A stretch of 64,000 bases of DNA, taken from positions 42,532,001 through 42,596,000 of the forward strand of contig CM052818.1 of the NCBI GenBank assembly GCA_028534125.1, read 5' to 3'. Below, in pieces: positions 48,635 to 60,344 of the stretch (position 1 is the stretch's first letter; every line of letters begins with the position of its first letter). The stretch is from Lama glama. Lineage: Eukaryota. The position numbers and the translations under genes are program-made. The notes below the pieces were generated by a model. It ran no database searches and was not told where the DNA came from. It worked only from the letters and a program-made list of their open reading frames with translations.

Positions 48635-49170
48635 GTGTTCTGGTTCTCTATTGCTGCATAATAAACCACCTCAAAACTCACTGGCTTAAAAATATGTATT
48701 ATCACCACCATTCAGTGGGCTAACCGGGTCTGCTCCACATGGTAGTGGCGGGGGGCTGGGATATATGCAGTGATCCTGCGGCTTGATTGTTCTGCAAAGG
48801 GACGATGGCTCACGTACACAGTTGGCAGCTGATCTTGCCTGTTGGCTGAGAGCGCAGCTTGGGCAGTCAACCAGAGCATCTCTGCATGGCCTCTCCATGT
48901 GGCTTGGGCTTTTTTACAGCATTGTGGCTGGGTTCTGCGAGGAAGCATCCCAAGAATGAGCTTTTCAAGGTGCCCAGCGAGCATCTGCAGGTCTTCTTGT
49001 TGTCTAGCTTTGGAGGTCCTGGAACATCCCTTTTGCTGTATTCTGTTCTTCAAAGAAGTCACTAAGGCAAGCACAGGTTCCAGGGAGAGGAACAGACATC
49101 CTCCCTTGATGTGAGGAGCAGAATGTGTGCAGAGATGGGGAAGGACCGGTTGGCAGCCATCTTTGAGGCT
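48635..49170 (-). mobile_element. MaLR solo LTR (MLT1H-like)
   Basis: Reads 'ctattgctgcataataaaccacctcaaaactcactggcttaaaa...ggcctctccatgtggcttgggctt...ggcagccatcttt'. Confidence 0.85.
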
Positions 49171-49299
49171 ATGAATATTTGTCATAAATCAATGGCAGCA
49201 TTTCAGTGACTTAAATCAGCGTCATTTTATTTCCCACTCACATTCTTCTTCTCTTCTCTTCCCTTCCATCGTATGGCTCCACATTCCCCTAGAGCATTA

Positions 49300-50560
49300 G
49301 ACTCCTTTGCTGTGATTTAACATGGTCTTTTCATTCACTGTGCCAGGCTTTTGGTGGGAGACTCATGCGCTTCATTATGGGAAGATTTCCTGCATTATTT
49401 CTTTGATAAATTTTCCTTTTCTGTTTTTTTTTCCTTTTTTTTCCTTTTTTTTCATTCTGATTAGCTGTTGAATGTTGGATTGATTATCTAATTTTCTTAT
49501 CTCCCTTTCTTCTGTTTATTTTACATCTATTTTCTGGGAAGTTTCCCTCACTTTATCTTTGAACACTTTTATTAAATTAAAAATTAGCAGCTATCAATTT
49601 CAAAAGTAATTTTTCTTGATTTTACCTTTCTGTAGCATCTTGTTCTTGTCCATAGGATGTGTTATCTTCTGTCTTTCTGATGATCTTGATCATATTTTTA
49701 AAAAATGTTTTTAAAATTCTTTGCTTCTTCTATGTCTTCAAGATTCCTACTATCTTTTTTTTTTTTTTTGGTCCCAATTTCTCACATTAGAGGCCATTTT
49801 CACATATCCACTGATTTTTTTTCCCCTTGCTTATTCACATTAAGAATCAAAAAATTAAAAGTTGAACAATTAAAAACCCAATCTGGACTTCTGAGTGGGC
49901 ATAACTCCCTCTGATAAGGTTCCAGAGAAGGTGGTTTGGCATCAGGTTGTCCCTTTTGGCCCAAAGTCAGGACTTGGAAGTCCTTTCTCAGGGGGCATTC
50001 GGTTTCCTCCCCACAGTAATCTCTTTGCCGGGGGTGTGTATATGTCCGGCTGCTGGTGTTTTAGAAGCAGGGCAGGACAAGAGGGCTAAGGTGGCGGCTG
50101 TCTCTTACCGCTTCTGTTTTCAGCCTTTGTGCTCATTCTTGCCTTAATGCTGTCTGTTGTCTCCAAGTATGGAGTTTTCATAGATACATTTCAGACCTAC
50201 TGATGGGGTTTTTGTGAGGTGAAGTGGTCACTGTCTGGATGCTCAGAGGTGATGAGAGGTACCCGGAACCTGACCAGGGGACTTTCACCTGGTCTCTATG
50301 TTTACTTCCGGTGCTCATCCTTGCCTACACCAGTCCTGGTTCTTCCAGTGCTCTTGTTAGCATTTTTTTGCGCCGCATTAGTGGCTTCCTGCACTCTGCT
50401 AAGGTGGTTACCATTCGTCCCTCTACTTGGTGCCTCCCAATTTTTGGAAATATTTTACTTGTTGATATCTTTTTCACTACTCAGTTTGCCCTCATAGGTT
50501 TGTAGATTTTTCATGCCTTTATTTTATTTAGCAGGGTTTCCAGAGGGATGATAGGGAGGG
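49300..50560 (-). mobile_element. Old L1M 5'/ORF1-region remnant
   Basis: A very T-rich degraded segment ('gggaagatttcctgcattatttctttgataaattt'). The family is uncertain. Confidence 0.45.
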
Positions 50561-50864
50561 TGATCCCATTTCCTGCAGGGTTTTATATCAACAGGAGAGA
50601 TCCACACTTAGATCCTAAAGCTGTCTCTTCACATTAAAATTACAGACCTAGCCTGTTCCCCAGAGCACTTAAGCTTAGGTCAGGAGTGGCTTCCAGCACA
50701 TCTATACCATGTCCTGGGAGTGACCTTCTCCCATTTGTATTAAATTCTAAACTTTTTCTTTCTTAAAAAACTGTGAGGAGTTGCCAGAGGTTTTCAAGGA
50801 TAGGAATGGGAAGTCAGATTATGAGTAGTAGGGCTCTGTGTGACTTGGTCTTACACAGGCTAGT

Positions 50865-51090
50865 ACTGGAGAAAGCAAAAGCTTTTGGAGTCATAAGGAT
50901 CTGGTTGTTAAATCCCAGCTCTGCCACTACTTGCTGTGTGACTTGAAGAAATTTGCTCAACCTCTCTGAACTTCATTTTCCTTATCTATAAAGTATTAAT
51001 AACCCCTACTCTGCAAAGATCTTTTGAGGACCTAAGGTAATGATGGTAGAAAGTGGTCTTGTGATGATATTTAATAGATTGTAGCTGTTT
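50865..51090 (+). mobile_element. MIR SINE
   Basis: Reads 'aatcccagctctgccactacttgctgtgtgacttgaagaaatttgctcaacctctctgaacttcattttccttatctataaa'. Confidence 0.85.
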
Positions 51091-52959
51091 TTACTCCTAC
51101 TTAGAGTATTGTCCTGTCTGCCAATAAAGAGAAAGTTTCTAGAGCTACTGACAAATATTCTTTCTCAGTCCCAAACAACAGGACACTAGCGGACAATGAC
51201 TATTTAAAGAAAAACCTCATTTAAATACTTGAGAAAAGCTATCTCCTTATCTTCCCCATAAATCTTCTTCTTTGCTTCTCATAATGTAGAAATGAGTTCC
51301 AGGTCTGGAGACAGCAATATCAGGGCAATATTTTATAGTGTTATTGCACTTTGGATCCAAACATGCCCCGAGGACTTTATAAGCAAAAATGAAATTTCTT
51401 CCTATCCCTGTGGCATAAGCATTTCATTACTAAATTTATAGGCAGATAAACAGTGACTCACAAAAATGAAAACTTTCTCCCCAGCCTTGGCAATGACTAA
51501 TGGAACTGGGCAGAAAATAGCGCTCCATGTTCCTCTGTGCACCTCGTATTCACGTTCTGCAGCCTGAACTGCCCCCCGTGTACCCTGAGAATCATGTGGA
51601 AAGTGAGATCAAAGAGGGGATACCTCAGAAAGATACCAGATGTTATGTTGGGGCTGGAGCTGGGGGCAGGGGATGCTGGAGGGAGCATCACTGACATGTG
51701 ATGCTGCAAAGACTGGATTTTACTGGAGTACAAAGAAAAAGTAAAAATGGGAGGGAGTGTATCTAATAGAACAAAATTACATCCAGAGACTTAATTCTTC
51801 TGATGACTAGCGATGGTCCAATAGCCATTCAATTTAACAAGTGTTAATTATCTACCTACTATGTGCCAGCTACACTCAAAGCCAGCACTGTATTGATTTT
51901 TCTCTCTTGACCCAGAAAAGCAATCCCAGTTGTCCCAGTTCTTTTAACATTTCTTTATAGTTTTAATATGTAATTAGATAAAATTCTTTGAGGGTAGTTA
52001 GTCTCTACTAATGGAAAATTTGATGGAATTCAGTAAATATTGATTAATCATTATATGTGCAAAGCTTCACTAGGCTAGATCAGTGAGGGTTTCAAAGGTG
52101 AATAAAGACACAATTTCCACTCTCCTCTCCCCCTCCGCAAAGCCCACACTCCACGTGAGAAAGCAGCCATCAACAGAATGAGCTTTAATACAAGTCATGT
52201 GGCGACACATGTTCTGCAAGGGGTTTACAAAATTCCAGAGTAGAGAGATGCAGAAGAGCTCTGGAAGGACCAGGGAATGTTTCACAGAGGCCATGATCTC
52301 TAGACTGAGCATTAAAGGAATAGCTAGAACTTTGACAAGAGGAGAAGAGAAGGAAAGGTGTTCTCGGTGGAGGGATTAGCCCAAGCAAAGGCACAGAGGC
52401 AAAAATAAAAGCATTTACACCAAGACCTCTTCCAACTCTACAGCTGCCTGTTTGGGATAACCAGGAGCTCAGCTTAAAAAATATCTATTGAAGAACTGGA
52501 GTAAAGCCAGTCAGATACCCTGAGCGGAGACCATCACTTAGATGCGGAGGACTCTCTGACTGAGAGAAAGTCGACTCTTATTCTCTTATTCTTTCTAAAA
52601 ATTCAAAAGAAACGACACTAATTATTCCCAGCGTGGGTCAGATGTCACTGTTCTCTAGATCAAGGATTGTGGCATGGAATATGGGTTTTCTAAGAAGATG
52701 GTTACTTTCATTTGAACCCTGTTCAGGGTGGGGACAAAAAGCAAAGCGAGGGGAAAAGGGTCGAAAAGTGGGATGCTTTTCAGTCAGAAAATGACAGATA
52801 TGATGTATTATGGTAACTTGCCCCAAATTCCATGGCTAGAATTTAAATGTCAAGCCTTGTGATACTTCCATTGTGTCGTGCTGCTGCTTAAATGAGATGA
52901 TGTATGTAAAACTCAGGAATTTATAAACCTTATTTCAACTATAGTTTTTAGTTGTAGAA

Positions 52960-54490
52960 TTTCCACTGAGCTCTCTTCCATTTCCTTTCTGAGATTCTTT
53001 GTTTAATCATTGTGTGTATCTTTTTCTTAAACATCTTTAAGATAGCTGTTTTGAAGTCTTATCCATAAAGTCCAACATGTCTTTCGCCCATAGATCTTTC
53101 TTGTTTTCTTTTTCTTTCTCTCTCTCTTTTTATCCTCCTTCACTTCCTCACCACTACTTCTCTTCCATCTCCTCCTTCTTTTGGTTATGGGGTACATTTT
53201 CTTGTTCCTTTGCATGCCTCTTTATTTTTTATTCTATTGTGGACAGTAGTGAACACTGCATGGTTGAAAGTCTGGATATTATTGTCTTCTCTTAAAGACA
53301 CCCTTTTCACCCTTGTCCCCTGTTGAATTTCAGGTGGCATATTTACTAGTGGGTCAATTTGACCTTCTCAATGTTTGGCTTTCCATTTTGTTAGGGTGGT
53401 CTATTAGTTTCATAGGCTTGCCTTAGCATATTTTTACAAACTTTGGCTGAAAACAATAGAAATTTATTCTCTCACAATTCTGGAGGCCAGAAGTCTGAAA
53501 TTAAGCTGTGGGCAGGGCTGCACTCCCTTGGACAACTCTAGGGGAGAATGCTTCCTGGCCTCTTATGGCCTTTGGTGGCGCCAGGCATTCTTTGCCTTAG
53601 GGAAGCATAGCTCCTGTCTCCATCTTCATCTTTTCTTGAGCTTCTTCTGTGTTTCTGGGCAACCTATTCTCTCTCTTATAAAAATCCTTGTCATTGGATT
53701 TAGAGCCCACCCAGATATTCCAGCGTGATCTCATTTAAAGATCACGAACTTAATTACATCTGAAAAATGAAGTCATATTCACAGGTTCTGACAGTTAGAA
53801 CACAGACCTATCTTCCAGGGGACCACCATTCTACCCACCGTGGTAGGGTCTAGAATAGATCTAAGTCTAGAGACAGGGTAGTGCTATTCCCAGAGTTTGG
53901 GCTTTCTGAGGTCTCAGTTGAATGCCTGGAATTTCCAGCAAGCTGTATGCACTCTGATCAGTACGAGCTCCTACGTCTCTTAGAGCTTTTCTGTAGACTC
54001 TTGTCCCGTACATGTGCAGCTTCGTATCCAGCCAAGGACTTTAAGAATTAAAGCCAAAGACTTTAAAGAGCTCTTTCCTTTTGCTACTCCCTCCTCTGTG
54101 GTAACTTGGCCTTCAAATTCTAGCTGGTCCATCCATCCCCAAATCTGATCTCTGCCTCCTCAGCTCAGCCAGACTGAATGCTCTTCTTGGGCTCCACCTT
54201 TCTGCACATAGTTTGAGAAGTGCCTCCAGGCAGAGAGCCAGGGCCGTCAGGAGGCTCAGCCTGTGCTGCATTATCTATTGTTGCTTCTCAGTTCCAAATC
54301 TGTTCCCTTCATTGCCAGAACCCTACCTGGTACATCTCTTGGATCTCCTTCTCTCAAGGATCACAGTCCAGTGCTGTCTATTGTTTCATAACTGAAACAA
54401 GCTGTTTAATAGATTTCTTTCCCCAGTTTTACAGTTGTTTACAGTGAGAGGGCTAGTCCAGTACCAGTTACTCCGTCATTGTCGGAAGGG
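52960..54490 (-). mobile_element. Old L1M 5' region, interrupted by an MLT1
   Basis: Contains 'atagctgttttgaagtctt', 'ttcttgttcctttgcatgcc', 'tctgcctcctcagctcag' and 'ctagtccagtaccagttactccgtca'. Confidence 0.55.
53400..53842 (-). mobile_element. MaLR solo LTR (MLT1B/C-like)
   Basis: Reads 'aaacaatagaaatttattctctcacaattctggaggccagaagtctgaaattaag...gtcattggatttagagcccacc...aacttaattacatctg'. Confidence 0.88.
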
Positions 54491-54929
54491 AGGTTCCTTT
54501 ATAAACTTCATAAACAACACATGCATTTAGGTGGCTGCCAAGTAGGAGCCTGGAATTGAAAAATCAGACTTCTTCTGGACCATCTTTTTTTCTACCAGTC
54601 AGGATGAAACAATGGCTGACCCAGAGGTATCAAGGCAGTTTCTCTCTGAAAGGTAAAAGGTAATCCATCTTGCAATACCAATTATCCATGTACCTTGGAT
54701 GTAGCCTCAAGCTAGAGTTGGCGGTGCTGACCTAAGACAGTCGAGAGACGGTGCAGTGCGAGCGAGCGGTGGTGTATTGATACAGAATTCTTTATTAGTG
54801 CCTCACTTTTATTAGTCATCTGGATAAATGAGGTCGCACTCATAGGATGGCGAATAGGGTGGCAAAAGCATTCAAAGCCACGCAATGTAAAGAAAGCTTT
54901 AAGGGACTAAAGATGTGACATTAGAAACA

Positions 54930-55850
54930 GCTTTAATTTTTGAAAGGCTGTCATGTGGAAGAAAGACTGAATTTGCTCTGAGTGAGCCAAGTGCTAGGAG
55001 AAGGATCAATGGGTGTTATAGGAAGAAATAATTTGTTGAATTGAAAAAAAAAGAATTTTCTACTAACCAGAGTTCTCCAAAGATAGAAGAGGCTGCCACT
55101 GGGGACAGTGACTATGTGTCACTGAAAGTGTATCAGCTTTCTTTTGCTGCTAAACACCCACAAATTACAACAACTTTAGCAGCTTAAAATAATACTCATT
55201 TTTATCCCAGTTATGCTGGTCAGAAATCCAGGCAGGCTTAGCAGGATACTTTGCTTAGAGTCTCACTAGGCTGGAAGTCAAGATATTATCTAGCTGAGAG
55301 GAGAATCGGCCTTATGTTCATCCAAGTTGTTGGCAGAGTTCAGTCCTGTGAGGTTGTAGGACTGAGGTCTTCAGTGCTTGTGGACTGTCAGTCAGGGGTT
55401 GTTCTCAGCTTCCAGAAACCACCTGCATTCCTTGCTTTTTCATCCCCTGCATCTTCAGTGCTAGCAATGGAGTATTGAGTCCTTCTTGTGCTTCAAATCC
55501 TCCTGACTCTTCCTTCTGCTACCATCTGGAGAAAGTTCTCTGCTTTTAAGGGCTCATGTGATTAGATCTGATCCATTTAGACCACCGTCTCTTTTTAAGG
55601 TCAACTGTGTCATATAACATCACCAATCAAGGGAGTAATATCTCCTCACATTTACAGGGTTCAGGGACTAAGGGCTATGGAATCTTGGGGGTTACTTTTT
55701 ATAATTCTGCCTCCCATAGGAGATATCCCAGCAGAGAATGGGATGACCACTCAACAGGGATGTCATCCAAGCTTCTCAAACATAGAATGGGTCCCTGGAC
55801 TAGATGAACTTTAAGGTCCTTTTCAGTCCTGAGATTTTACGAGATTTTAT
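54930..55850 (+). mobile_element. CR1/L3 LINE 3' end, split by an MLT1E
   Basis: 'aaggctgtcatgtggaagaa...aagaattttcta...gtcactgaaagt' resumes after the LTR and ends 'tggactagatgaactttaaggtccttttcagtcctgagattttac'. Confidence 0.65.
55129..55718 (-). mobile_element. MaLR solo LTR (MLT1E-like)
   Basis: Reads 'tgtatcagctttc...tttagcagcttaaaa...gttgttggcagagttcagtcct...ggttgtaggactgagg...ttttaagggctcatgtgattaga...aattctgcctcccata'. Confidence 0.88.
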
Positions 55851-56159
55851 TTAAGCAGGATGCACAATAAAACATTTACTGAAAACAGGGAGTGCAAATA
55901 GGGAACATGTTGAGGGAACCTCTTGACATAGAGTAGAGATTTTAATTCATTGCTGTTCTAACATTCGCTAATCAACTTGCACTGTGGCAAGTATTCTTGG
56001 TGACAATGCAAAGCCCACAACATTTCTTTTATTCCCCCACCAACAAGGTCATTTCCTCTGGCCCCAGCCCTGGACTGTTCCTTCTACTCTACACCAAAGG
56101 ATTCTGCTGTACATCTGTCCTACCTTCCTATATATCAAGGCTGCCTGTAGACAGTACAA

Positions 56160-56630
56160 CTTTCATTCATTCACTGAGTTTTTTTTTTTTTGAGCTCTTT
56201 CTATGTGTCAAGTTCTTTCCTAAATAATTCAAGGGTTTCAGAGATACAGAAGACATGATTGTCTTCTCTTAAGGAGCAAACTGTGTATGAGGGGAAATAA
56301 GTTTTGCACAGATAATTGTTATTTAAGACCAAGTGTGGCATTTTTATCAGTCGGTTGTGGGAATATATGGATAAAATGGTGTGGAAATTAAAAGGAGGAA
56401 GGAGAGCATCATCAGAGAGAGGATCTGAGAAATATTCCTGGGGCAGAGAGAGTTGGCTTTTTCTATGGCTCTTGAAGGATGGGAAGGATTTGGGCACATA
56501 GGGAAGAGGGAATGGCATTTCAGACAGAGGGAGTTGTTGGGACAAAGCTGGAGAAATAGGCCAGAGTCATTTCATAGGGTCGTGAATGAAGAGTTCAGCT
56601 TGATTCAATAGAAAACAGGGAACGGTCTGC
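56160..56630 (-). mobile_element. L2 LINE fragment
   Basis: Reads 'ttcattcattcactgag...tgagctctttctatgtgtcaag...tcttgaaggatgg...ggcatttcagacagagg'. Confidence 0.7.
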
Positions 56631-57575
56631 TACATGCATATAATAGTGAGGGTCGCCTCCTCCCAGCAAACTTTACTGAAACAAAGCAATTCAAATATTC
56701 ATAAAGAACTCATGCATAGGATTATAATGGCACACAGCAAACTTTTAACAAGAGGTAATAAACTAAAAATATTCCTGGGGAAGAAAGAACACCTCACTTT
56801 ATCCTGTTTGTTCATTTTCCATTGCCTTTGATTCTCATTGTTCCTATTTTGTGGTTTGAAGCTTCTTTTTGTATTTGTCAATGAAGCCTGCGAGATGCTT
56901 TGAAAGCCCTGGATACACTTTATATTGTATTCCCCGCCCCCTCCTCCCCGCCAGCCCCTGCAGTTGCTTTAACCTATGTCTGTCAAAAGCATATTTTGGT
57001 TCAGATGAATGTGCATATTCAAAGTCATTTTTTAAAATTCCTTTTTAAAGTAAAATCAAATCAATTTTCCTTCCTAAAGTATTCCCTGGTTGCCTTTCCT
57101 TTGACTGCAGAGGCTTGTTTTATGCAACATCATCCAAAAGCGGTCACACAGGCTTCAGGTCTGCTTGATGCAGCGGCAGGGCTTATTAATTTTGAGGACT
57201 AGGTGTCTGTCAATAGGTGGTCGTTTCATGACCCCTAGGAAGGTTCCGGCTCATCCTCGGTCTTCACATGCAGACACCAGGGTTACTGACGCTTCTGAAA
57301 TGCCCACATCAGGGCTTGAGGTGCGTTACAGCTAGAACGTTTCTGGTTAGTGTTGGGCGCTGGCACCTCAGGGTGACCGGAATACCTGAGAGCTGCGTTT
57401 AAGATAGACGTTCACAAGAATACCGAAAGGGTACTGTGAGCTCCATCGAATGGCGTGGGGAGAGGCTCCCGGGACACACTGCCCTTTCCCCACTACGCAT
57501 TCGATGGTTGGAGCCGAGTGTTGTTTACAATGATCATTTGTCAGATATCACTCTTCTCAGTTCAGAAACCCTTGG

Positions 57576-57585
57576 TGACTCAGCA
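57576..57585 (+). promoter_or_regulatory. ARE/MARE-type motif (AP-1 core plus GC)
   Basis: gTGACTCAGCA matches the NFE2L2/BACH1-sMAF consensus RTGACTCAGCA. Confidence 0.35.
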
Positions 57586-57759
57586 CATGTCTGCTCTGGA
57601 GACAGCCAGGGTCTTAGATGACAGAGGGGTCTTTGCTTGGCTCTCATCAACTTGGTTGCTAGGCACATCACCCCTTCTGCCATCCAGCCTCCACTTCCTG
57701 CATCTCTCTTCTTTGAGGATTCTTTCCAGATGGTTTCTTTAAGAGGCACCTCTACCTTC

Positions 57760-57895
57760 AGAATTAAAGCGACCTGGATTTACATCTGGTTCCACAGCTT
57801 ACTAGCTCTGTAACCTTGGGAAATCACCTAACTTCTTTTAGCCCGCAAGGATATCACACGTATAAATGTTTGGTCCATGTTAGATTTCCATTACT
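57760..57895 (+). mobile_element. MIR SINE fragment
   Basis: Reads 'gacctggattt...cttactagctctgtaaccttgggaaatcacctaact'. Confidence 0.65.
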
Positions 57896-58773
57896 GTTTG
57901 GATTCATTTCATTAGAATGGTGAATGAATGTTAATTTCAGAAATCCTTGTTTTTTTTATCTGCCTTTTTTTTTTTTAGCAGAGCATACCATTTGACAAGC
58001 ATTGATTGACATTCATTTTTTTCTGTGTACAGATCTCTGCATCAGGCATTGTGAGAACTGTGGAATTGCAAGAGAAATGTCCCCATCTTCTTTAGATATC
58101 CCATCACATGCATTTTTATGAGCACTGGTGACTGATATGTCTGGTTGATGGAGATGCAGGAGCCATAGGGATGGACACTTAGCTTATTCAGTAGAGTCTT
58201 GGTGTTTGAGGATTCCATATTCGTGGTTGTAATGATTCATGACACCTGTAAATCCCATGACCTGCATGTAGTCATTTACAGTCTAGCTGAGCACAAATAT
58301 GAATTTCATGAATCCACGGCATGTCAAGTACACTTGGCTGGCTGCTCAGCGTCCTCATCCCAGCGTGCTGTGGCTGTTTCCTACTCGTGGTTCGCTCTTC
58401 GTGGCGTGTGCCAGGAAGCAGTCCAACAGATTGACGGCGGTGGTGGAAACAAAGGGAAAATGAAGGGATTTTAGAAAGTGAGGGCTCTTGGCCAGTTTCA
58501 GAGTCAAAAAACAATCCAATAATGAATTTGGTGACAGTTTTGACCTATTAAATTAATGAGTTGAACCAAATTTTGTGTAGAATTAAGAAAACAATTCAGG
58601 AAACTGGTTCGGCAAGAGCTAAAACTTGTAGTTGTGAGAGAAACAAATTCAATTTAAACCCACACTGTTGGCACTGAAGAGAGGGTAGGAAAGGGCCAGA
58701 GCTCCCTGCTGTGATGCTTCGTAGAGATTCACTATTTCTTGGACTCTTGTACCAGTTACTGTCACTACCCTGT

Positions 58774-58792
58774 TGGCCTCCAGGAGGCATTG
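58774..58792 (+). promoter_or_regulatory. CTCF-like motif
   Basis: TGGCCTCCAGGAGGCATTG compared with the consensus TGGCCACCAGGGGGCGCTA. Confidence 0.45.
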
Positions 58793-60344
58793 CTTTGTCT
58801 TAAATGATAATACTGAGCAGGGGACAACAGACCCTTGCTTTAATACCCTGAGTAGAAGCTGGATGAGGTTTTACTAAGGGCTTGATGGTAACAAACTGGA
58901 AATGAATGATGCCCGGCTCTGTATCTGGTCTCACAAAGCATAGATGACTTGTCTTCAAGTTTGCGGTCTCCTAGCAGAGGTCTGTTTAATCTGGCTCCCA
59001 GGCCACCTTCATTGGCCCAGTTCATCTTTTCACGTCCACTTGGCATGCTCCCAGGAGGGTTAGATTCCTCAAATCCAGGCCCAAGAGATAAGCGAGGAAT
59101 ACCTTTCCCTTTAGGGGGAGAACCTTACCTCTGCCTTCAGGAGATGGGCTTTCTTGCTGGGACAAATTTCATTACAACCGTTACAATGTTGTAATATTAG
59201 CACAGAGAGGGTTTTAAAATAGTAGCAGACTTCTTTCATTATTTTTACTGTGACCCAGTGCCGCCTGTCACCCGTGCCTTGGAGCCTGCACCTGCTGTTT
59301 CACACTGTGTCCAGCCCATCAACACAGCCCCTCCTTATGTTTCCTTTAAAGATTAGATGTTCAGAAAAACCTCAATGAGTGACTCAGAGTTTTAATGGGC
59401 AAGACAGAGAAGGGAGTTTAAATCATAATTGCTCAGCACAATGTGAAGCTACTCATTAGACATTTCCTGTTTCTCAGAGACCCTTCTGGATGGACCATTC
59501 TATGGGCGGTTTCCTTTCCGCCTCTTCAGCCAGGTTGAACCCGACTCCTCTCTTCACCATTTCTCACCCCTTCATTGTGAAGAATTTAGCTTTAGCACAG
59601 CCAAACTGATCAGAGGGATCTGTAAGCTGAGGGGGGCACCACCCCTCTTAGAAGGCAGTGGGCACTTAACACATAGAATTTGGTGGGAGGGTTTTGTTAT
59701 GTGATACTGAGAGCAGCTCCAGTTTATGGAAAGTTTACTACTTTTTAGCTACTGTGTTAAGTGCTTTTCTTGGAGATGTTTTTCAATTCGTTGCTCACAA
59801 ACACGTTAGATGCTTTTATTATTCCCATATTGTTGATGACGATAGACTAACGTCCACTGGTGGAGTGTGGGTGTAAATTCCAGCGGTCCCGTTGTAAAGC
59901 CTTTATTCTTCAGCACTACGTTGAATAGCCTTTCATACACAAATGGGCTTCATATTGTATATTGGAGCCAGTACAGATCCAGAAAGGTCATTTAAATTTT
60001 TTAGTTTTATTTTATATTCATTCACAAGAAAAATACATGCGTCACAGCAGTCTTTCCTAAAGTTCCTTCAATGATAAGGCTTACACGGGATGACTGTTAG
60101 ATATCCAGATTTCGCTGATGGAGAATCTAACTCGGTAGGGAGCCTGTGTTACTGATTTTTAAAAAGTTTAAAAGACTCCATTAAAACAGGGGTCCCTCCA
60201 GATGATTCTTCTCTCAGGAAGTCTCGGATATTCTACTGAGTATACCTGGTTCTTTTTGTATGAGGAGCCCTTCTGATGCCTTTAGCATCTCAACAGCTGT
60301 TGACTCCTCCCCAGCCTTGACTTTTCCTGAGCCCTTCTTCCTGG

